From NCBI GenBank assembly GCA_013239625.1, contig MU053379.1, forward strand, positions 5,146,714-5,210,713: a DNA stretch of 64,000 nucleotides, given 5' to 3'. Under the pieces are notes generated by a model. It saw only the letters and a list, made by a program, of their open reading frames with translations, had not been told where the DNA came from and made no database searches. The stretch comes from Lama guanicoe (Eukaryota). How positions within the stretch are numbered: position 1 is the stretch's first letter; the number at the start of each line of letters is the position of its first letter. Both the position numbers and the translations under genes were made by a program. Shown here in pieces: positions 51,451-64,000 of this stretch.

Positions 51451-51705
51451 AGAACCCACTTGGTGTTATCCTCTCCAGAATCTGCTCTTCCCTTCCATCC
51501 AGTGCTTTAGGGCTGTTCTCATTCAGCCTGTACAGTAAGTGACCGACAGACAGGAGGAGGCACCGCAGCTTCAGGACAGTGGGTAGGGTCTGCACTTCTG
51601 TCTAAATCTTGTAGGAGAATGTTTTTCATACATCTAGTTGGTGGGCATATGGCTGTTTAATTAAAAAAATACCTAGAAGTTTAATCAGTTTTAAGAGAAA
51701 AGGAC

Positions 51706-51711
51706 TTTATT
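51706..51711 (-). terminator. NINL: Candidate NINL poly(A) signal
   Basis: TTTATT on plus = AATAAA on minus, ~700 nt past the NINL stop, at the end of an AT-rich UTR-like tract. Confidence 0.7.
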
Positions 51712-52404
51712 ACAAATACAGTGACTTCATATTACAGTAGCTTCTTATGATAAACCAAATGACCATAATTTATGTATATTTTTGCATATAAAACTATACC
51801 TTTTTTTTAAACATATAATACACTTTCCAGTGTGACGACCTGTCACTGAGGATAAGATTGCATCCACAACAGACACCACCCTCCCTGAGTCCTCAGCCCT
51901 AAACTCCGCACTGTCCGCACCTCCCCCGGGGAGCAGGCCCTGAGGAAAGGCCTTCCCCTCCTCCACCCCCACTGCCCTTCTGGAGCCTCCATGGAGCCGC
52001 CCTCAAGGATGCTGATGGCTGAAGCTGAGCAGTGACGCTCAGACTGCACAGGGCGCTGCCGCTGCCCTCAGTCTCTTTAGCCGGGGTCAGCAGTGTAGCA
52101 CTGACGTGGCTTCACTGCACCGTCCGCCTTGCTGGGAGCCCACAGTCGGCCTCACTGGGAACAGCAGCATCAGCACTTCTACCTGACGGAGCTGGAAATG
52201 GAAATTACCCGCGACCCCTAAAAGCACGTGGTCTCTTCCAGCGTGTTTTCCCCGCATCTGGCCCAGCAGACCTTCGTTGAATGTCTGTGGCAAACGAGGA
52301 ACCACAGTCCTCACCCGTCCAGGGGTGCACGGCCAGCAAGCCATCAAGGGGCTTACTTTTAAAGGATGTTCCTCCGAAATGACTTCCAGGAGCAAAAGCC
52401 GTCC

Positions 52405-52632
<228 letters not shown>

Positions 52633-54396
52633 CTAGCGCAGAAATGCCATGCGACCAGCTGGCCCCTTCTCATCGTGCACGTTTGTTCAGACCATGGTGT
52701 TGGGGTTTTACAGATTGGAAACAAACATGGGATGTAATGACAGTTTTTAGTTATCATAGCGTGAGAGGAAATTCAGAATCTGGTGAACTAGGCCAACTTT
52801 GTACGAATTGATTCTACCAAAAAATGAAGACAAAAAGCCCAAGATCCACTGGCCTCAAAAAGGACTGTTCTGGGCAACACAAAACAAGGAAATCATCAGG
52901 AGTGCCCAGACATCTTGTCCACGTCTGTGTGTTCTGCAGGCCCATCGCGCCACCCGGATGCACTGAGGCGCGCGAGCCGGTCACCACGCACTCAGCTGCC
53001 GTGGGGCGTTGGTGATGGGCGCGCAGGGCCACCGAGTCGGGGCGCAGAGGCACGGGCGTCTTGGGCTTTGTGAGTCAGCGCTGAGTCCACCCACCCAACA
53101 GGCAGTACTGAGCAGCCCCCTGGCTCGGCACTGCCCTAGCAACCGCCCGGCTCACGGAGACAGACCAGAAACAAGCCCGCACGCAGCACGTGCTGAGAGA
53201 ATGCCCAGGAGGGGACATGGCGGAGACCGGGTGACAGGTCTGAGGAGGTTGCAGGGGGAGCTGCTGAGGCTGTCCGGTGGAAACAGTCCAGGCAGAGGCT
53301 GGCGCACGTACGGTGACAGGAAGGACCAGGCGGCCTGTAGCCGGGCAGGGTGCCAGCGGAGGGGACTAGATCCTACAGAACCTTGAAGGCCACTGTAAAA
53401 ACTGCCTTTTACTCTGAGCAAGACTGGACGGTTCTGAGCAGAGGATGGCCAGCACCTCCGTCACATTTGAAAAGGACTGCTGCTCCTGAGAGCAGACCAA
53501 AGGGGCAAAGAAGGACTAAGTTTAGGACCCAGAAGATGGGGGGTAGGGGTGGTGGGAACGGGCGGGAGGTGGAGGGCTCTGTATGTGTGCTGCAGGCGAA
53601 GATGGTCACCCTGTGGGAAGGGGTCACCCTGGGAGGGGGTCCACCATGACGCCAAGGCTTTGCACCTGGGCGGGCAGGCAGGTGAGCACAGACAGCTCTG
53701 AAGGTCCCTCTGTGAAGAGGAGCAGAGACCTAGCAGGACCCGGGCTCCAGAGGGAGCGCCAAGGAGGCACTGGGGCCCCGGGGAGGGAGGTGGCACCAGC
53801 ACGCACTCTTTGCACAAGTCTGGTCCTCCACTGACACAAGCAGGAGCCTCAGCTGAGAGGCGAGGGGAGAGGTGCTGGAGGTCAGAGACAGGAGGAGGGC
53901 CCTGCTGAGGGGGACGGCTGGGCTGTGGGTGGCACCTGACGCCCTCCGTGGGCAGCCGTCCATGGGATGTACGCCGGGCTGGGGTTTTGCCAGGTGAGAG
54001 GAGGCAGGTGAGGCTGTGCCAAGAGTGGTGGCCGGGGGGTCACTGACAGCCTGGCAGCTGGGAGGGGAGGTGCGGACCCGGAGACAGACAGGGGGCGTCA
54101 GTGCCAGCTGGAGAGGGGCCGCACAGGTGGGGGCAGCCCGCAGAGTGGCCTGACTGGGGGCCTGCAGCTCCAGGCGCCTCAGATGGCCACACGTGATGGC
54201 TCTGTGACGGGGGGTTTCTGCAGACCCCTGTTTCTCACTCCTGTGGCACCAGAGCTCTTGTTGGATGGTTGTGGCCTCCCCTCCCTCTGGCTCCAGGGGA
54301 ACGAGAGGTTCTCAAGGGGTCTGTGACTGGAGGCTCTGCCTGGATCGGCCGGGAGACACCCGGGAGCAGGGACGCTTCGGGCCGTGTCGCACTCAC

Positions 54397-54510
54397 CTGC
54401 ACCTTCAGCTCACTCACTTTCTCCTGCAGGAGCAGCTCCACGTTCCTCAGAATCACCTCCACCTGGGCCCCCCGCTCTTCTGTGGCTCTCAGCTGGTTCT
54501 CGTGAGCTTC
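54397..54510 (-). CDS. NINL: NINL exon (2nd from end)
   Basis: atgcag|EAHENQLRATEERGAQVEVILRNVELLLQEKVSELKVQ|gtgagt; 114 nt, phase 0/0. Confidence 0.93.
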
Positions 54511-55522
54511 CTGCATGAGGGGAGGTTTGAGACCAACACTGACATCTGAGGAAGAATCACCTCTGGCTTGCGTACTTTAGAGCGGAAGCTAGCCGGGTGG
54601 GTGGGTAAACCCGTCCGGAGCAGAACCGTCAGCAGTGTCTCCCGAGCCCAGAACCGCACTCCTCTGTGGTTCAAGGCGCCAGCAGACTGCTTTGTCCTAG
54701 GATTTTCAACCTGTGTGACTCCAGAGTGAGCTTCCCCAAACAAGTCAGTCTTCCCAAAGGATTTCTGACTCAGTGTCTTTGTTCCGTCAGTACCTCTCTG
54801 TTTAACTGTCTCTGCAGCTTAATGTTTTCACATAGTGAGAAAGGTTCTCAGAACCTGAGCTTACAAACGTTGGATTTCACCCACCTTTCCAGTCTCCTCT
54901 ACTCTAGTCCCTTCCTGAGGAAGGGCCCCCCAACCCTCCAGGAACTTCTAGGACTGCCAGTGTCCCCAGCCCTTCACTCGGCTTCCCCAGGCCCCAGCTC
55001 ACTGATGCCTCTGGGGAGTGCTCTGAGGTGGGCTCCTCCGCCCTCAGAATTTTACAGAACCTAGAGCACAGAGGTGAGGTAACTGTGGTGGCAGAGCCAG
55101 GACCCCACCCTGCCGTGTGCACTCCGAGCCCCTGTCCGGCTGCATCTAAAGGCATCTAGCGCAGCGCCTGGCACAGTGCTGTCACTTCGCTTGATCTCGG
55201 GTCTCCCCCGCCCCCCACCCTTGCTACCTTAAACCCGCTGCAGGGTCCTTGGACTTGTCTGCACTCTCGGGCCACCCAGGCCTGGCCTGGAAGCAGGTTG
55301 TGGCCCTAACGTTAACATTCAGCCAGGTGGCCGACTGCAGACATGGCGAGGCCAGAGACGGCGCCTCAACCCCTTCCCACCCCCAGTTCACAGTGAAAAC
55401 TGGGTCCTCAGGGAGCAGGGGCGCTGTTGGGCACCTTCCCCTTGGCTCCTGGGCAGCTTCTGGCTGAGACCAGAGCTCCAGCCTCACCCTCCCCACCGCT
55501 CTCAGGCCCACATCCCACTCAC

Positions 55523-55678
55523 CTGCTGCGTCTCCAGTCGCCTCCCCTCGGCGCGGGGCCGCAGAGCTGCCTGCTGCTCCCTGTCCAGCAGCTGCTGCAG
55601 CTCCACCACGTGGCCCCGAGGCACCAGCTGCTGTGAGTGCTCCCGGGCCCGGCGCAGCCTCAGCATGGCTCCGTGCAG
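55523..55678 (-). CDS. NINL: NINL exon (3rd from end)
   Basis: gggcag|LHGAMLRLRRAREHSQQLVPRGHVVELQQLLDREQQAALRPRAEGRRLETQQ|gtgagt; 156 nt, phase 0/0; acceptor position less certain. Confidence 0.8.
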
Positions 55679-57880
55679 CTGCCCGGGGAGAAGGGCAGCG
55701 GTTCGGGGTGGCCACTGAGCGCTCCCCCTACAGCTCCCCAAGACGAGACGGCAAGGAAGGCCCCCTCACTCCTGCGTCCCTGCATCTCCCGCAGAGCCCC
55801 TTTGTCTGAACTCTCACAGGCAAACTGCTCAGCTGGCACATCTGGAGCCAGGAAAACACGCCGGACCCTGCCCTTCTCCCTGTTGGGTACTTCACTGGGG
55901 TCTAACTCCTTTCACACTGGGACCTACACCAGCCACAGGTGCAGCCTTCCTCTTGGGAGTTTGTGCTCCTGAGACTTCGCTGCAGCTGGGGTCCTGGAGG
56001 CAGTGACACAGAGTGGCAGGAGCTTGGGAGCAGGCACCAGCTCCCTGTGGCCAGAAGCTGTAACCAGCCGCACAGAGCCTGGTCACTTCCACTTACTGAG
56101 CACCTGGGGGGCCAGGTCTAAACACCACGTGCAGCACATGGACTCCGGAGGCTCCACCCAGAACACACAGAACTGCCCTCAATGTTCTGCCACTGCGTGT
56201 CTCTGAGGGGCCGCCCCAGGCCAGGGGTCCTCCAGGACGGGCCCCCAGAGATGCACCTGCACATGCCGTGTCCAGCAGGGCAGCTACCCTCCTCTCTGGG
56301 ATGAGAAAACTGGGGAGGGCAGTTCTAAAACACACCTCCACCAAACGTGGCTTCCTCCTATCGCACTTCGGATGGTCACTTGATAGTCACTCTGGCCGGA
56401 GCCCAGCCCAGCCCAGGTGCTCATGGCACTGAGTGCTGTGTCAGCCCCGACCCGTCCCAGAAGTGCTCCTTTCTTTGCACGTGCTGCCCAGGCCCCACCA
56501 CCTTCTACAGCCACCTCTGCTCTGAGGCCGGCCCCCGACCACACACTCCTCCGGGGGAGGCCGCTGTCTGCCCGGCGTGAGGCCTGAACCCACCCAACTC
56601 AGTGCCACTCAAGCCCCGTCTTTGTGGACGGAGATGTGGAGGGAGGCTGGGCTCGCACTGGGGAGCCTGCTCCACTGTCACATTAGAGGGCAGAACATCC
56701 CGAAAGGGCAGTGGGGCCACCACCACCAGGAAGCCAGGGCCTCCTGTTTCGGTGCTGGGCGTGGCAGCTGGTCTCAGACGGCAGCTCCTCCCGTCCCTTG
56801 GGAGGTAGGCCTGGGCCCGCCCTGACTCCAGGGGCCCCTCGCTGCCCTGGAAGCTCCTTACTTCCCTTCTCCATATTTTCCTCCATGTGTGTTTTGGGGG
56901 ATCCTCTTCCAGATCACCCAGAGAGGAGGAAGCTGACGGCACAGTGGACTGACCGTCTACATCCAGCACTGCCTGCCTGTGACGGGCCGTGCGTCAAGCA
57001 CGGACACCTCTGGCAGCAGGGGGATCTCGCTCCTCAGCCCCAAAGGGCTCAAACTACTCAAGGCAATTTCTCAAGGTCCCTTTCACACTCAAAGTAGAGA
57101 AGGGAGCCCCCAGACGCAGAGGCACCCGGGGAAAGGCCTGCTCGCCCTAGCAGGGGGGCGGAGCCCACAGAGCCCAGCCCCGGGGTCCACGCCCACGCTG
57201 ACCCCTCCATAGCCTGGGCCATCTGGGAAGTGACCTCTCTTGCCAGGCGACCACGACCAAGTCCAGTGGTTGGACCAGGGGCCAGTTGGGGAGCCACGCA
57301 GGCTCGAGACCCTCTCCCTGGGCCCTTTCGCTGGGGCAGCGCCCTGGCCCTCCCAGCCCAGCCCACGTCTGAGTCTGCACTGTCACTTCCTTCTCCCCTC
57401 CTGCTCAAGCACCCCACTCCCCACCCTCTTCTGTCCCTGCACCTCACGCCGTCAGCACCCGCTGTCCCTCCTCGGCCTGCGTCTGTCCCAGACTGCAAGC
57501 TCCCAGCCTCCCTGTCTCTGCACCTGCTGAACCTGGTGAGCGCTGCACAAATGGGGCAGGAGACAGGGCGGGACACCAGCTGGGTGCGCTGCTCGGGGCC
57601 TGGGGGGGCCTGGACCTCAGAGGCAACTCGCCTTGTCCCCCAGCTCCTCCATCCGTACAGGGCACCCCCAGAGGCCAGCCATGACCTCCTTCCCTCAGGA
57701 GTAAACCAGGCACAGCTGTCCGCCTGGCTCAGCAGAGGTCAGCCTGACCCTGGGCTAGGCCTGACTCGGCCCTGGACTGCTGCCCAGCCAGCCCCACAAG
57801 GCCCCGGGCTCCCAAGTCTCGGCCAGGCCATGTCCAAGGCCAGCTGACCCTCGCGGGCCAGGACCCCCGCGCACACCCAC

Positions 57881-57994
57881 CTGATCCCGGCTTTCTTCAA
57901 GGGCCTCTCTCAGCTGTGACTGCACCTGTCTCAGGCGCTGGCATTCCCGAGTCACGTGTTCAAGTTGAAGACCAAGTTTTTGGATTTGGTCACC
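57881..57994 (-). CDS. NINL: NINL exon (4th from end)
   Basis: aaacag|GDQIQKLGLQLEHVTRECQRLRQVQSQLREALEESRDQ|gtgggt; 114 nt. Confidence 0.9.
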
Positions 57995-59083
57995 CTGTTT
58001 TTAAAAAATCAGTTTCACAAGTCTCAGAGTTACCTTAGCAATGTGATACAAAAGCAAAAATTACGAAATTTATGCCACCCATGATTGCAGCAGCCCAAGG
58101 ACGCTGTGCTGTCTCGTGTGGCCCTTCCTCTGCGCACACACTTCTGCTGAGTCACGGTAAGCTGCGCTTGCCCTGTTATTTTATTTATCCATTTTTAGTA
58201 TTTAACAAGCACTTTACTGTGAAAGTAACTGCCTCGATCAAGGACCATGATGCAGATGCACTTTCACCATCCAGTGAACACCTCGGAAACGTCCACGGCC
58301 CAGAGGTAAACGTAAGCCTCCAATCTGAATGGAGTCTAAACTGTCCCGCACAGCAGGAGAACATTCAAATGAAGCTCACAGTTGGTATCATCCTGCTCTT
58401 TCTGTGGAAAACCCACAGCAATTTTTTTGGTCGCAATTGGACTTAACAGTATTCCAGTTCTAATGAACAAGGTAAATTGGAGATCTCTAAATTTTACGAT
58501 CCCAGAATTAATCGGCTCCAAGTAAGTATCAGCCACATCTGTCACCAGTGCCTCAAATGCTTCTTTCTAATGAACTGCCCATTAACATTTCCACAGTTCT
58601 GAAAAGGCCAACAGACCATGAAAAAGGCACTTCCTTAGGCTCCTGCTCGAAACCAACAGCTTCAGCAAACCGTTGGCCTTGATTCAGGGCCAGTTCCCTG
58701 TGACTCTCAAGCGTGAAACATTGTTCGAAAACATGGTTTTTAACGGCTGCACTGAAACTGGCTGCCTTGCTCAGTGCCACTGACAGCGAAGCTGCCTCCA
58801 ACGGTCGTGCTGTTGTAAACCCCACAGCCACGAAGGTGCTCCTGCCAGGCCTTCCCACCAAGCTCGGCCAAGTCCCCGATGCTCTTTGTGTGCATTCTGC
58901 CAGACTGCCCCCCGGGGAGGTTGCACCAACTTACTCTCCCATCACCAGGATTTAATTCCTTTCTGCTCCTTTTTCTAGATGCCAGGCTTGCAAAAGCTGC
59001 TAAAGGCCTCGTATCTTCGGGGCTTGCTTGGTGGGTCCCTCGCTTTACCTCCAAGCACTCAGGTCTGTTTCCAAACTGCTTCA

Positions 59084-59281
<198 letters not shown>

Positions 59282-59369
59282 CTAGAGCAGAAAGGGTGAG
59301 AACACGGATGAAAAGTCGTTTTTCTTTCTATCCAGCAGCTGACTTCAGATCATCCCAGGGCTTCTCAGC

Positions 59370-59550
59370 CAGTGGTTCTTGCTTCTGTGGGGACACCTGG
59401 CAACGTCTCCAGATATTTTTGGCTGTCACAGCTGGGTGGGCTCGGGGGCTGCTCCTGGCAACCAATGGGTGAGGCACTCAGGGTCCTCCGAGTGAGGGGC
59501 CCCGGACCACCCCAGGAGAAGCAGACACCGTCAACACCCAGCCCCTGCTC
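59370..59550. mobile_element. MER20-like hAT-Charlie element
   Basis: 'cagtggttct...ggggacacctggcaacgtctccagatatttttggctgtcacagctggg...gctgctcctggca'. Confidence 0.7.
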
Positions 59551-60375
59551 TGGAGCACTGGCGTGGTTCTTGTTTCTCCCTTTTGTTTCTAACGTTATTT
59601 TAAGCAATTTGAAGGGAAAACCCCTAGTTAAACCTGTGGCATGTGAATTTCTTCAAATCTCCTGATCAATGTCATGAAACACATGCTTCGCACCCCGGCT
59701 CCAGGGGTCTCGGGGTGGGGGGCGCTGCGAAATCGCCTACTTTGCTGAAATGCTGGTGGTGACCGTGGGGTCACGGCCCTGCAGGCTGACGCCAGCGCCT
59801 GTCATTTCCAGCCGTGTGTCGTTCACACATCACAGAAACCACGCCGTCCCGCCTTGGCTTCCTCCCCAGGGAAGCACCCGCCTCCTTCCTTCTATTGACT
59901 GGCCCCCCCCGTCCCGCCCCGCCCCAAGAACCCCAGGACCAGGTCGGGAGTGGGAGGTGCTCCCGCCACAGCGGAGCGCCTGGTGGTGTTACTGTCACGT
60001 CATCGTGAAGACCAGAGCTGGTTTCCAGTATCGACCCCAGCCCTCCGTCCTTGGAGTCTGATTTCCTTAACAGCAAGAAATGGGATCTTCCTTTCACTCC
60101 TGGGACGAACATGTAAGTTACTTTCTTCTAATCCCTCATATTCCAAGCCTCTGCTTGGAAACGTCAGGCCCGCAGGCCCAGGCGGCTGGCACAGAGGGTG
60201 CGTCACAGAGGGTGTCCGGCGAGCAGCCTGCCACCTGGGGCCCCCTCCCCCGGCTCCGGCCCACTCTGCTCTTTCAGAAGAAGGTTGTGTGTGTCCTTTT
60301 GGTGGTTGAAGATTATTGCAAAATAATGGAGAAGGGAGGGTGGCATCAGCCTCGTGCCAGGTGTCGGGGCTCGAC

Positions 60376-60445
60376 CTGTGTGCTGAGCTCCTCCGCCTCG
60401 GAGCAGGCCTTCTCCTTGTCTCTCCGTAAAACCTCGATTTCCTTC
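60376..60445 (-). CDS. NINL: NINL exon (6th from end)
   Basis: caacag|(R)KEIEVLRRDKEKACSEAEELSTQ|gtcgag; 70 nt, phase 2/0, consistent with neighbouring exons. Confidence 0.88.
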
Positions 60446-60938
60446 CTGTTGAAGAAGCAAAGTCAACAGTATCACTGAGCAGCCAGTTTTTTTTCCCCAG
60501 TCTTCACTCACTGTCACCGTGGTGGCTTGGATTTGTACCCTGCTCCTGGACCTGCAGCCACGGCTCTGTCACTGGCCTGGGCTACGGCTGTGTGCGGCTG
60601 GTCCAGTTGGGTCCCAGGCCTCAGACCCTGGGGAAGGCTTCCAGAGTGTGAGAACCGACACCCTCCCCGACACCCTCAGCCCCACACGGTACTGACGCCC
60701 AGCTGAGTAAGTGAAGAGCACCCCAGCCTTACAGCTGCCGCTGTCTGCTGTCAAAGGGGCCCCCGCAGCAAACTGAGGGGAAAACGGTTTCTGCAGGGAA
60801 GGAACCCTTCAGAACGGCTGTGATGTGACAGCGACCACCCGTTACCCACCTGCTCCAGGGTCAGCCCGTTAACCACCACCCAGTTTTATCAAATCAGCAC
60901 TGCGTCCTCAGCATTTTAGAGCTGAGTTCACCTTGAAA

Positions 60939-61079
60939 NNNNNNNNNNNNNNNNNNNNNNNNNNNNNNNNNNNNNNNNNNNNNNNNNNNNNNNNNNNNNN
61001 NNNNNNNNNNNNNNNNNNNNNNNNNNNNNNNNNNNNNNNNNNNNNNNNNNNNNNNNNNNNNNNNNNNNNNNNNNNNNNN
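60939..61079. other. Assembly gap (141 N) followed by a poly-A run
   Basis: N run, then A15 at 61080-61094. Confidence 0.99.
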
Positions 61080-61644
61080 AAAAAAAAAAAAAAAGACCAA
61101 ACCAACCATCCTTGGCTGGGCTCTGAGAATGCAGGCAGAAATCCACCCACAGGCATTCCGCGCCTCCCCCACCACCCACACAAGCCTCTCCTGCCTCAGC
61201 GCTTGGGCCTGCACCCCCCCACCCCTGACTCTGACTCACTGAAATCCACACCCCCGGAACGCACCCCAGAGAGAAGGTCAGCTGAAACCATTGTCAGGAC
61301 AAGAACACACAGGGCCCCTTGCCGGGCAGGCTGCCCCACCCCGACCCCCACACAGGACGGGGCAGGGGGGCTTCAGCAGAGGAGAAGTGCCTGCACCTGG
61401 CGGGCTGGCCAGGCTGCAGCCCACACGCTCCCGAACTCCCGCTTCTGAGACCAGGGGCTCGGGCGGGAAGGTGGCTGCCAACACCTGCAAGGAGGTCCGA
61501 GCCCTTGCGCACCGGCCATGGCCGCTTCGAGGGCAGCATGCAGGACACCCGTGAACAAGTCCCCTCCCGACAAACAGGCCTTCGGAGCCTGCTTCACAAT
61601 GAGCAGGCGCAGCTGGCCTGGGCGGGGCGCTGAGCCGGCCTCAC

Positions 61645-61749
61645 CTCTGTGCCCCTTCTGCCCTTTCTGCGGCTTCCAGCTCTTGCTGGACCCTTCCCCG
61701 CTCCTCCTTCAAAAGCGCGTTTTCTTCAGAAAGCTTATTCAACTCGATT
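61645..61749 (-). CDS. NINL: NINL exon (7th from end)
   Basis: ctgcag|IELNKLSEENALLKEERGRVQQELEAAERAEGAQ(R)|gtgagg; 105 nt, phase 2/2. Confidence 0.92.
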
Positions 61750-63149
61750 CTGCAGGAGAAACGTAAACAAGACAGGAGAGTGGGCACTCCACCCAGGGCT
61801 GGTCCCCAGGCAGTCGCAGCCCCTCCCGACGAGGGCCCAGGGCACCCTTTCCTTTCCTTTCCTGTATCCTGGGCCAACCTGTGACGGTTTGCACCTCCCA
61901 ACAACAAGACCTTCCTAGCTTCTACGGTGGTCACACAGTCAACAGCTCGCTGAAGCATTCGGCACTTGGCTCTGTGTCACAGCTGGCCTGCTCCTGCATC
62001 TTACACCCTCAGCTGGGATGTGAGTGCGCCCACAGCAGGCCCAACGCAAGACACTGGGCAGAGTCCTCAGGTCGCTGCGAGGCGGGTTGCCCCCCAGGGA
62101 CCCTAGCACAGAGCTAAGGTGCCAAGAGTCGGAGTGCCGGCTCCCGGGGTACAGCGCCCCCACCCTGCACCCAGGGGTCAGCGCAGGAGGAGCCTGGGAA
62201 GATGCCCAGGTCAGGTGACAAGGGAGACCTGAGGCCTCGTGGAATCTTCAGCGGGAGAAGCAATTCGGCAGCAGCCGTGGGACTAGGTCTGCCTGGAGCC
62301 CTCGATCCTGTGGGTGCTGAGTCTCCAGCACGGTAACCCCACCACCGTGGGACAGACGAAGTCTCGGGGCAGCTCAGAACCCACGCCTGCCGCCCAGGGA
62401 ACCCACCCCGTCTTGCAGACATCTCTGCCCCTACGAGGTCTCTACCTGGCATTAGCTTATTTAATGTTTTCAATTTAAAAGGAGTCAGAGCCACATGATC
62501 TCGTGTTCAGTTTCTGTATTATTCTTACAATACCAAGCGTAAGTATCTCCTTCGTAAGCATATGTGCAACTTCGGTTTTTTTTCTCATGAGGGACTAAAG
62601 AGAAAAACGAAGACACAGAAGTCCATGGCATTTTAAAAGCAGCAAAGGGCTTCAAACTGGGGAGTGACACAAATGAGGTCTGTGTTTTGAGCTGTTATTC
62701 CGGCTCCAGGATGGAAAACAAACTGTCTCAAGGCAGGTCTGTGTGGGTGTGGGTGGCAGAGGTTCTGCCTCCAGTTTCCTGGACCTCAGGTAAGCTGGCA
62801 GAACCCCACCCCGTCTCCCCACACTTACCAAACCACCAGAGCCTGTGTGAAGCTGATCATACAGTGTGTGTCCTCACAGAAGGCAGTGGAGACCTCCCGG
62901 GGCCCCCAAACAGAACAAAATCTGGAAGCTGAAACCAAAGCCAGGAGCATTAAGCAACACAGAGATGGGGTCACCCTGAGGCCAGCACCTGCGTCAACAC
63001 TGCCACCAACAGTGTGGAGAAACCACACTGTGGCCACCTGTGTGGGGCCAGTTCCCTGGGAGAGGTTAATGTGGCCCCAGATTAATAGGCTCCCAGCTCT
63101 TGGTAAAAGCAAAACACATCCTTTCTGCGGGGAGCAAACTCCTACAGCT

Positions 63150-63700
63150 CCCAGGATTCCCAGAGACCAACATCATGCAAACGTGAGCTCACAAGCAAAG
63201 ATCAGCACAACATACGCGGAAAAGGACCACCTATGGGGATCAGAAGAAGCCAGAACAACAGGATTAGACCCCACAGGAACCTCAGATACTGGAATTCAGA
63301 CACAAACCAAAGGCAAATGTTATGAAATGTCTACCTGAATAAAAGATGGAAATGAAAGATGAACAAGCAACAAGAAGCCATCAAAAATGGTCAGAAAGAA
63401 CCAAAAAGGATTTCGGGGGGGGTGTCTACGTAAACATAAAAAACACTGGCAGAGTAGGCACCGCTGAAGAAACAGTTACTGAGCTGGAACACAGAGATGT
63501 GCAAAAGCACCTAGAATGTGATGCAGACAGGAAAGAGGGGTTAAGAAGCGGAGGAGAAGTGAAAAGCCCCGAGGTCACCATCTAACTGCAGAGGACAGTG
63601 AGGGCAGAGGCAGTGTGTCCTGAATAGTGGCCGAGAGGTCTTCCCAGGACACAGACCTACACACGCAGAAGGCACAGCGTCTTCTACGCAGGGTAAGAAA
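63150..63700 (+). mobile_element. Ancient L1 ORF1-region remnant
   Basis: 'ctcagatactggaattcagaca...caccgctgaagaaacagttactgagctggaa...gaatagtggccgaga' resembles L1M ORF1. Confidence 0.55.
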
Positions 63701-64000
63701 AAAGGAAACCGCCCTGGGCCTGAGACCCAGCGGTTTGTCTTCGGTACAGCAGCACCCAGAATGAGACGGGGGCTCCCCAAAGCCCCCCGGGGTTGCTGCT
63801 GTCCTGACTGGTGTCAGTGACCTCTGGGGACTGGCTCTGGGTGCTGGGGACACAGATGTGTCCCACCTGTCCACAGTTCTTCCAACTGCACATGTGTGCA
63901 CTTTCTTGTGTCCGCAACACTTTAATAGAAGGTTCAAAAAGAAAGAAATACACACTTAAACTCCCCAAAGACAAGCCACAGAAGAATGAGAACTTAAAAG

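Noticed and set aside
60894..61448. ORFs spanning the N gap
   Set aside because: Their length comes from untranslatable N codons

Overview
Mammalian genomic DNA, most likely camelid (inferred from the style of its tRNA-derived SINEs and young L1 3' ends), covering the ABHD12 - GINS1 - NINL gene block. Positions 1-31549 are ABHD12 intron 1 (minus strand) and are full of repeats: an ERV1-like remnant, L1s, MaLR LTRs, Tigger elements and a TMEM258 processed pseudogene. ABHD12 exon 1 lies in a CpG island at ~31.1-32.1 kb, head to head with the GINS1 CpG island at ~34.1-35.2 kb. GINS1 is complete on the plus strand: 7 coding exons, 591 nt, 196 aa, all introns GT-AG. The last seven coding exons of NINL are on the minus strand (52405-61749), and there is a 141-N assembly gap. 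I see no prokaryote-type system and nothing I can call a new gene system. The most unusual observation is that the expected ABHD12 start (MRKRTE) is replaced in frame by a (GGCGAG)6 repeat, so the first AUG is the Met58 equivalent; this is either lineage-specific or an assembly error. Other items of interest are an apparent L1 3' transduction with a broken L1 poly(A) signal, an L1 with an atypical 3' tail inside one TSD pair, and a near-perfect 3x100-bp tandem repeat next to a telomere-like patch. Repeat family names and orthologue comparisons are from memory, not from a search, and repeat boundaries are approximate unless TSDs are given.
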